From NCBI GenBank assembly GCA_025930755.1, contig JAICOJ010000006.1, forward strand, positions 7,109-71,108: DNA of 64,000 nt. The letters are read 5' to 3'. The notes under the pieces were generated by a model that did no database searches, had not been told where the DNA came from, and was given only the letters and a program-made list of their open reading frames with translations. Every line of letters starts with the position of its first letter. The first letter of the stretch is position 1. Origin of the DNA: Gemmatimonadaceae bacterium (GTDB lineage: Bacteria; Gemmatimonadota; Gemmatimonadetes; Gemmatimonadales; Gemmatimonadaceae). A program made the position numbers and the translations under genes. Positions 58,531-64,000 of the stretch are shown in pieces.

Positions 58531-60827
58531 CGAACGATGAAGACTTTGCGCCGTACGAGTCCCGACGGCAGCTCGGCCACGAGAACGTACACGCCGTTGA
58601 CGACGGCGCCGCCGCCTTCGGCCTGGAGATTCCAGCGCAGGGTGGTCGCGTCATCGAAGTCCGTCTCACGGAACGAGCGGACGCGCTTGCCGGCGAAGTC
58701 GTACAGATCGACGCGTCGTGGGGCTTCGCCGAAGCGAATCACGACTGGAGACGAGCGGATGGGATTCTGCGAGATGTTGAACGATTCGCCTTGCGCGAGC
58801 ATGAGGGCCCGTACGTTCGCGACCGCGCCTGCCACATTCAGCTTGCCAAACCCCCACGACGCGTTGGGCGATGTGTTGGGCTCGCCCGTGAAGGTTCGGG
58901 CCGTGAACCCGTCACGCCGCGCACCGCGCTGGAGTGCATCGACCGCCTGCTCCGGTGTGAGGTGGTGGTACACCGAGAGCATCAAGGCGACTGCCCCGGT
59001 GACGTGCGGTGCCGACATGCTCGTCCCCGCCTCGAGCACGTGAGCACTGTCGGGACTCACGAACCGCTCATCTCCGCCGAAGAAGGCATCGCCCGACATG
59101 GCCGAGAGCGCGACGCCTGGCGCGACGATCTCAGGCTTCAGACGACCATCGCGCGTGGGACCTGGTGAGCTGAAGAACAGCAGGTCGTTGGCCGGCCAGA
59201 GGCTGAGTGGCGCCAGCGACCAATCCTCACCATCGAAGCCCCGCCACGACGCGAAGCCATGGTACCCCCCAACGGCGATCACCCGCTCCCCATCCGCGGG
59301 TGACTGAATGAGTCGTCGGTTCGTTCCGCCCGTCGTGAAAAACGGCTCGGTGCTGATGAAGGCGAACGGAATGTAGGAGTCGACGAGACCGCTCCCTGCA
59401 CCGGCGGTCTTGCGGAAGATCAGGCGCCATGTGCCCGCGTCCGGCGCGGTGCCGCCATCGAGCCATTCGCCGATGAACGCCGTGAAATAGTTGGTGGTCG
59501 ACGTCGAGAAGCCTGACGACGACTCGAAGTCGTCGATGATGGTGTCGCCCCGTGCCGTTCCGTTGTAGGCGAGCACCCCACCCGCGGCACCAAACGATGC
59601 CGCGGCGTCGTTGAAGCCAAGATCGAGGCGCGATCCGTCCGGGCGCACGAGCGTGACGGCGAACGTGTCCTGTGGCGAATAGAACGCCTGAACCACGAGC
59701 AGGTCATCATCGCCTGCGGGTCCGCGCGTGTAGTTAGGCAGCGCGAGATCGATCACCCCCGAGTCGCCCAGCGCCACGGTGGTTTCACCGTGGAGCGAGC
59801 CGAGAAGCGCGAAGTTCGACCCGTCATTGCCTGCCGCCGCGACGACAATGCGGCCGGGCCCCGACAGCTCATCCATGACGACCGAGAGCACCTGCTTGCC
59901 GTCGTGCGGCCCCGCCTGCGTGCCGAGGCTGAGATTGACGACCGCCGGCTTTCCGAGCTGCTCGGCCCTCGCGAAGATGTAGGCGACTCCATCGGCCACC
60001 GACGCCGTGGATAGGCTGGTGCGGACGACGATGAGGTCGGCCTCGGGCGCGACGCCGACGTACTCGTATCGCGGCTCGCCGCGGTTCGCGCCGGAGCCAT
60101 CGCCGGCGGCGATTCCGGCCACGTGCGTCCCGTGCCCGTCCCGGTCACGCGATGGGCAGGTGCCGTTCCTCCCAAGCTGCGCCTGTCGACACTCGATGCC
60201 GTAGGAGAACGTCATGCCCGACACCGTTCCTGGCGGCACTCCCGTGGCTCCGGGCCCGGGAGCATGATCCCAGAGATACAGGATACGGGACCGACCCGTC
60301 ACATCATCGATGAAATCGCCATGGCGGAAATCGATTCCCGAATCCACGATGCCGACGATCGTCCCCTGTCCCGTCGCTCCCGAAAACTCATCGCGATCGA
60401 CCCGGCGGCGGATCTGCGACGCACCGATTTCGGTCATCGTCGACGTGCTGTAGCTCAGTCGCTGCGCGAACTCGACGCCCCGCACACCCGGGAGCGAGCG
60501 GAGGTCACGCAGCCGCTCCATGGGAACGCGGGCGGTGACCCATTCGCCGGCGCGGATGCCGACGCGCGCACCAACAGCCGTCAGCGCGTCTTCGACACCG
60601 GCGGCACCGCGCACGAATACGTCAACGGCGATGGCACCGGACTCATCCCGGGACAGCGCGATTCTCGCCGCGCGCGGCGAGAATCCGAGCTCGCGCGCGC
60701 GGGCGATTTCGTTGAGCGCGTCGCGCGCCCGGGCGTGCGACGGCCGCTTGGCGGGCCGCTCGATGAGCCCCTGTGCCGCAAGCGCCGGCGCGCAGAGGAG
60801 GCCAACGAACAATGTTCGGAGATGCAT
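58527..60827 (-). CDS. S8 (subtilisin-family) serine peptidase with a T9SS-type C-terminal sorting domain
   Basis: There is a signal peptide. The catalytic triad regions are VGIVDSGID, HGTHVAGIAAG and GTSMSAPHVTGA. The last ~85 aa (QNPIRSSPVVIRF...VDLYDFAGKRV...NGVYVLVAE...RKVFIVR) match the type-A T9SS CTD pattern. Confidence 0.85.
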   Translation of the reverse strand: MHLRTLFVGLLCAPALAAQGLIERPAKRPSHARARDALNEIARARELGFSPRAARIALSRDESGAIAVDVFVRGAAGVEDALTAVGARVGIRAGEWVTARVPMERLRDLRSLPGVRGVEFAQRLSYSTSTMTEIGASQIRRRVDRDEFSGATGQGTIVGIVDSGIDFRHGDFIDDVTGRSRILYLWDHAPGPGATGVPPGTVSGMTFSYGIECRQAQLGRNGTCPSRDRDGHGTHVAGIAAGDGSGANRGEPRYEYVGVAPEADLIVVRTSLSTASVADGVAYIFARAEQLGKPAVVNLSLGTQAGPHDGKQVLSVVMDELSGPGRIVVAAAGNDGSNFALLGSLHGETTVALGDSGVIDLALPNYTRGPAGDDDLLVVQAFYSPQDTFAVTLVRPDGSRLDLGFNDAAASFGAAGGVLAYNGTARGDTIIDDFESSSGFSTSTTNYFTAFIGEWLDGGTAPDAGTWRLIFRKTAGAGSGLVDSYIPFAFISTEPFFTTGGTNRRLIQSPADGERVIAVGGYHGFASWRGFDGEDWSLAPLSLWPANDLLFFSSPGPTRDGRLKPEIVAPGVALSAMSGDAFFGGDERFVSPDSAHVLEAGTSMSAPHVTGAVALMLSVYHHLTPEQAVDALQRGARRDGFTARTFTGEPNTSPNASWGFGKLNVAGAVANVRALMLAQGESFNISQNPIRSSPVVIRFGEAPRRVDLYDFAGKRVRSFRETDFDDATTLRWNLQAEGGGAVVNGVYVLVAELPSGLVRRKVFIVR

Positions 60828-60915
60828 TCGGTGCGTCCGAGGGGGGACGAGGTGGGCGGCGACATCGCCGGCGCAGCAACATAGCGGTGGGACCGCGGGA
60901 GGGCGAGGTTGCCGA

Positions 60916-60985
60916 GGTGTCGAGGGATCGAGGGTAATCGAGGCGGTCGGCGCCGTTCCTCGATTACCGCGACACTCCCGACACC
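60916..60985. repeat. Hairpin (ATCGAGG-type, copy H) after the 562-aa lipoprotein gene
   Basis: The inner stem gggtaatcgagg/cctcgattaccc is 12 bp (60932-60943 pairs with 60958-60969). The outer stem ggtgtcg/cgacacc is 7 bp. The left arm is made of tcgagg units. It lies 8 nt downstream of the TAA at 60993-60995. Confidence 0.65.
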
Positions 60986-60992
60986 CTCTGCC

Positions 60993-62681
60993 TTACGGCA
61001 GCCTGAACAACCCCAGCTGTGGCTTCAACGCCGACGAGAAGACCTGCCCGTCGGGCCTGGCGAAGCGGAATCCAACGGCGGGGTCGGCGGGTGCCTGCGT
61101 GAGGAAGTACTCCATTGTCCCCGGGTACATGGAGCTTTCCACGGCCGTGCCGGCGCCGAGCTGGCGGGGAATGAGCGGATACACTCTCGGGAACTGCGCC
61201 GGTGCGATCGCGTTGAGGCGCGCGTAGATCCGGCGCAGGTTGCGCGACTTGTAGCGGTTCCGCTCCGGAACGCTCGTTCGCGGATGGTCCGGGATGCTGT
61301 CCGTCCACAACGCGATGGCCCAGTCGCCGAAGAGGACCGGGAACGATTCGGCGGCCACGTTTTCGACGTTGGCGATACTCGTGAGGTTCGTCTGCACCAG
61401 CCGGGCGAAGATCGTACTGTCCTTCTGATCGGCGAGCCACCGAAGAAAGAGCCACGCGGCGCCGCGCTCCTCGAGCGTGCCCGTCGACTCGAACAGCGTG
61501 AGGGAGGTCGTCCCGGTGGACTCGAGAAAGTCGTACGAGTTCGACAGATCGTTGTTGATGAAGATGTTCGCCGTGTCGCTGAAGAGCCGTCCCGGCGGCA
61601 GGATCGGATACTTGTTGTCGTAGTGGCGCGCCACGACCTCCTCGGCGATATGGCTCAGCCCTTCGTTCAACCAGGATTCTTCATCCGAGCCATTGCGCAT
61701 GATCACGTGTTGATTGAACGAGATCATGTGCTGGAACTCGTGGATGAACGTCGGCGGCGTACTGCCTTCGACCACGGCCACGGAACGCGGGCAGGAAAAG
61801 TCTCCCTGCGGATCCGGGACGAGTGAGTAGAACACCTCCGCCTGATTCGAGTTGGGGCCCTGCGTGAGGTCGAGTCCGAAGAAGAAGCCGGAGATGACCA
61901 CGTCGCAGTTGTTGCGGTTGGTGAGCCCGTTGACGATCGGCGTCATGAGCACGATCACGCGATCGTTGTTGTCGATGTCGGACGCCGATCCGAAGGTGTT
62001 CACACCAATGGGGTACAGGTCCTGATCGAACCACGTTCCCAGCTTGGTGAGCACGGAGTCGGAGAGACCGTTGGGGCCGGTCGGCGACTGATTGTCGACG
62101 TAGATCAGGATGTTCTGACCGGCGAAGCGCAGCGTCGCGGTGACGGTGGCGAAGGTCGGCTGCTGCTGGCTGTTCGCCGGGATGGAAGACAACACCTTGA
62201 AGGTTCGGGAGGACCCGACCTGCTGGAACGATGGGCCACGGATGACCTGGGACGACAGCGAGAGCGCACGAAGCTCGCGCGCCTCACGCGCCGCCGACGG
62301 CGCGAGCCGTCGCTCGATCTGGCGAAGCGTATTATCGAGCCGGGCCGACGGCGATATCGAGCTCGCCCCGACCGTGCGGGCCACCGCGGCGAGCGACCCG
62401 CCGTTGCCAAGCGAGTACCGAACGAGCGCGCGCGTGGCGGTCTCGGTTGGGAACTGGGGAACGACCAGATACTTCGCGCCGCTTCCCGTTACCCAGTCGC
62501 ACTCCGCGAGCTCCGACCCGCGAACCGTACGCGCCTGGAACACGGCCATGGGGACCGTGCCGCTGCCCGCGTCGGCGGCATCGCACGAAACTATGACGGA
62601 TGGATCGGGCCCTGGGGAGTCGGAGCACCCGGCAGCCAGGACGACACCGGGAAGCAGCAAACGAGACAGGAACGAGCGCAT
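60993..62681 (-). CDS. Lipoprotein with a gluzincin-type metallopeptidase motif (possibly M30/hyicolysin-like)
   Basis: The lipobox reads VVLAAGC-S. The motif FIHEFQHMISF is followed 22 residues later by WLNEGLSHIAEE, i.e. HExxH plus a downstream NEG glutamate as in gluzincins. Confidence 0.65.
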   Translation of the reverse strand: MRSFLSRLLLPGVVLAAGCSDSPGPDPSVIVSCDAADAGSGTVPMAVFQARTVRGSELAECDWVTGSGAKYLVVPQFPTETATRALVRYSLGNGGSLAAVARTVGASSISPSARLDNTLRQIERRLAPSAAREARELRALSLSSQVIRGPSFQQVGSSRTFKVLSSIPANSQQQPTFATVTATLRFAGQNILIYVDNQSPTGPNGLSDSVLTKLGTWFDQDLYPIGVNTFGSASDIDNNDRVIVLMTPIVNGLTNRNNCDVVISGFFFGLDLTQGPNSNQAEVFYSLVPDPQGDFSCPRSVAVVEGSTPPTFIHEFQHMISFNQHVIMRNGSDEESWLNEGLSHIAEEVVARHYDNKYPILPPGRLFSDTANIFINNDLSNSYDFLESTGTTSLTLFESTGTLEERGAAWLFLRWLADQKDSTIFARLVQTNLTSIANVENVAAESFPVLFGDWAIALWTDSIPDHPRTSVPERNRYKSRNLRRIYARLNAIAPAQFPRVYPLIPRQLGAGTAVESSMYPGTMEYFLTQAPADPAVGFRFARPDGQVFSSALKPQLGLFRLP

Positions 62682-62887
62682 TGAACCTCAATCGTTTAAG
62701 AGGGCGCCCACTCTGCAGTGCGGCGCCCTGCTGTATTCAGACGAACGGGAGACAGCGCCCGTTCCGGCGTTTCCACGGCAGCCATCTCCCCGGCGACCCG
62801 CTATTATTACAGATTGCCTGGTAAGGACATGCGAAGCCGCTGGCCCCCTTCATACACCCCGCTCAGGCAGAGGTTGTCACCCACCTG

Positions 62888-64000
62888 ATGTCCTTCGTTC
62901 ACCTGCATTGCCACTCCGAGTACTCCCTCCTCGACGGCGCCAACCGCATCGACGACCTGATTGCGCGCGCCAAGGAGCTGGAGCAGCCTGCCGTCGCCAT
63001 CACCGACCACGGTAATCTGCACGCCGCGTGGGAATTCCAGGAGAAGGCGAAGAAAGCAGGCCTCAAGCCAATTATCGGGATGGAGGCATATGTCGCGCCT
63101 GGGGACCGCCGGGAAAGGGGGCGAAACCGCATCTCGGGCGACCCCAATCGATCGTTCGCCAAGCCCTACTACCACCTGGTCATCCTCGCGCGTGACGCCG
63201 TCGGCTACCGAAACCTGGTGAAGCTGTCGTCGCTGGCATACACCGAGGGCTTTTATGCCAAGCCGCGGATGGATCGTGAGCTCCTTGCCCGTTACAACGA
63301 GGGGCTGGTGGTCACCTCCGCGTGCATGGCCGGCGAGGTGGCCACCCACCTCCTGAACGACGCCTACCAACAGGCCGCGGATGCCGCGAGCTGGTACGCC
63401 GAGGTCTTCAAGGATCGGTACTTCCTCGAGGTTCAGGGCCATGACTCCGAGGGACAGGCCCGGCTGAACAAGCTCGTCCTCGGCCTCGCCAACGACCTTG
63501 GCTTACCCGTGGTCGCCACGAATGATGCGCACTTCCTGCGCGCGACCGACCACGACGCTCACGACGTGCTCCTGTGCATCGGGCTGGGAAAGGATCGCGG
63601 CGATGCCGACCGCTTGCGCTACGATCGCGGGCTGTATTTCAAGAGCGCACCCGAGATGGCGCAGCGTTTCCCGGATCGAAGCGATCTCCTGGAGAACACG
63701 CTGAGAATCGCCGATGAGGTCGACGTCCCATTCCAGAAGAAGTACTTCCTGCCGTCCTTTCCGCTGCCAGCGGGCACGGCGACGGAAAATGAGCTGCTGG
63801 TTCGACTCGCCACCGAGGGCGCACGGGCTCGATACGGAGACCCGCTTCCGGACAATGTGCGCGAGCGGCTCGAGTATGAGCTCGACGTCATTACGACGAC
63901 GGGATACGCGGGATACTTCCTCATCGTCTCCGACTTCATCGCTGCCGCGCGCGAGCGAGGCATCCCCGTAGGGCCTGGTCGCGGGTCCGCGGCTGGATCG
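62888..64000 (+). CDS. dnaE: DNA polymerase III alpha subunit, N-terminal PHP domain (3' end off-window)
   Basis: My hand translation from the ATG at 62888 is MSFVHLHCHSEYSLLDGANRIDDL...AITDHGNLHAAWEF...PIIGMEAYV...YHLVILA...ATNDAHF... The frame is open to the window end and is not listed in the track. Confidence 0.9.
   Translation, partial: MSFVHLHCHSEYSLLDGANRIDDLIARAKELEQPAVAITDHGNLHAAWEFQEKAKKAGLKPIIGMEAYVAPGDRRERGRNRISGDPNRSFAKPYYHLVILARDAVGYRNLVKLSSLAYTEGFYAKPRMDRELLARYNEGLVVTSACMAGEVATHLLNDAYQQAADAASWYAEVFKDRYFLEVQGHDSEGQARLNKLVLGLANDLGLPVVATNDAHFLRATDHDAHDVLLCIGLGKDRGDADRLRYDRGLYFKSAPEMAQRFPDRSDLLENTLRIADEVDVPFQKKYFLPSFPLPAGTATENELLVRLATEGARARYGDPLPDNVRERLEYELDVITTTGYAGYFLIVSDFIAAARERGIPVGPGRGSAAGS

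Overview
This is a very high-G+C bacterial chromosomal segment. I assigned strand and frame by recognisable protein motifs and by the strong G/C bias at third codon positions. That bias also produces many long spurious antisense ORFs in the supplied track. I saw no rRNA, tRNA, CRISPR array, transposase or integrase. I support about 58 CDS, in these groups. (1) Housekeeping genes: acyl-CoA synthetase, folE, aminotransferase, tdk, coaE, a uvrD-type helicase and the 5' part of dnaE. (2) Lipoyl-enzyme genes in two blocks: gcvH/gcvP/lplA, and a ThiO-like oxidase followed by lipA-pdhA-pdhB-E2-lpdA-lipB. (3) Peptide uptake: a five-gene Dpp/Opp-type ABC system plus a POT permease. (4) Several peptidases, including an S8 protease with a T9SS-like C-terminal domain directly followed by a PorV-like outer-membrane protein. 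(5) A co-directional, tightly packed string nurA-herA-(exported protein)-sbcD-sbcC-(GNAT). This resembles the archaeal herA-mre11-rad50-nurA operon and is my top candidate for something not yet described. The second main signal is non-coding. Nine long hairpins of about 60-120 nt are more A+T-rich than their surroundings. Each sits at or within a few nt of a stop codon, and the arms are built from short tandem 6-7 nt units. They fall into at least four sequence families, some sharing identical blocks at distant loci. I also found three short CDS missing or masked in the ORF track (an FmdB zinc ribbon, an lmo0937-like membrane peptide and a 74-aa membrane protein) and a DEAD-box-like protein whose catalytic motifs are all degenerate. 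The T9SS-like domain, PorV-like protein and general protein flavour suggest an FCB-group or Gemmatimonadota-like organism, but that is inference only. All family calls are from memory of motifs, since no database search was possible.
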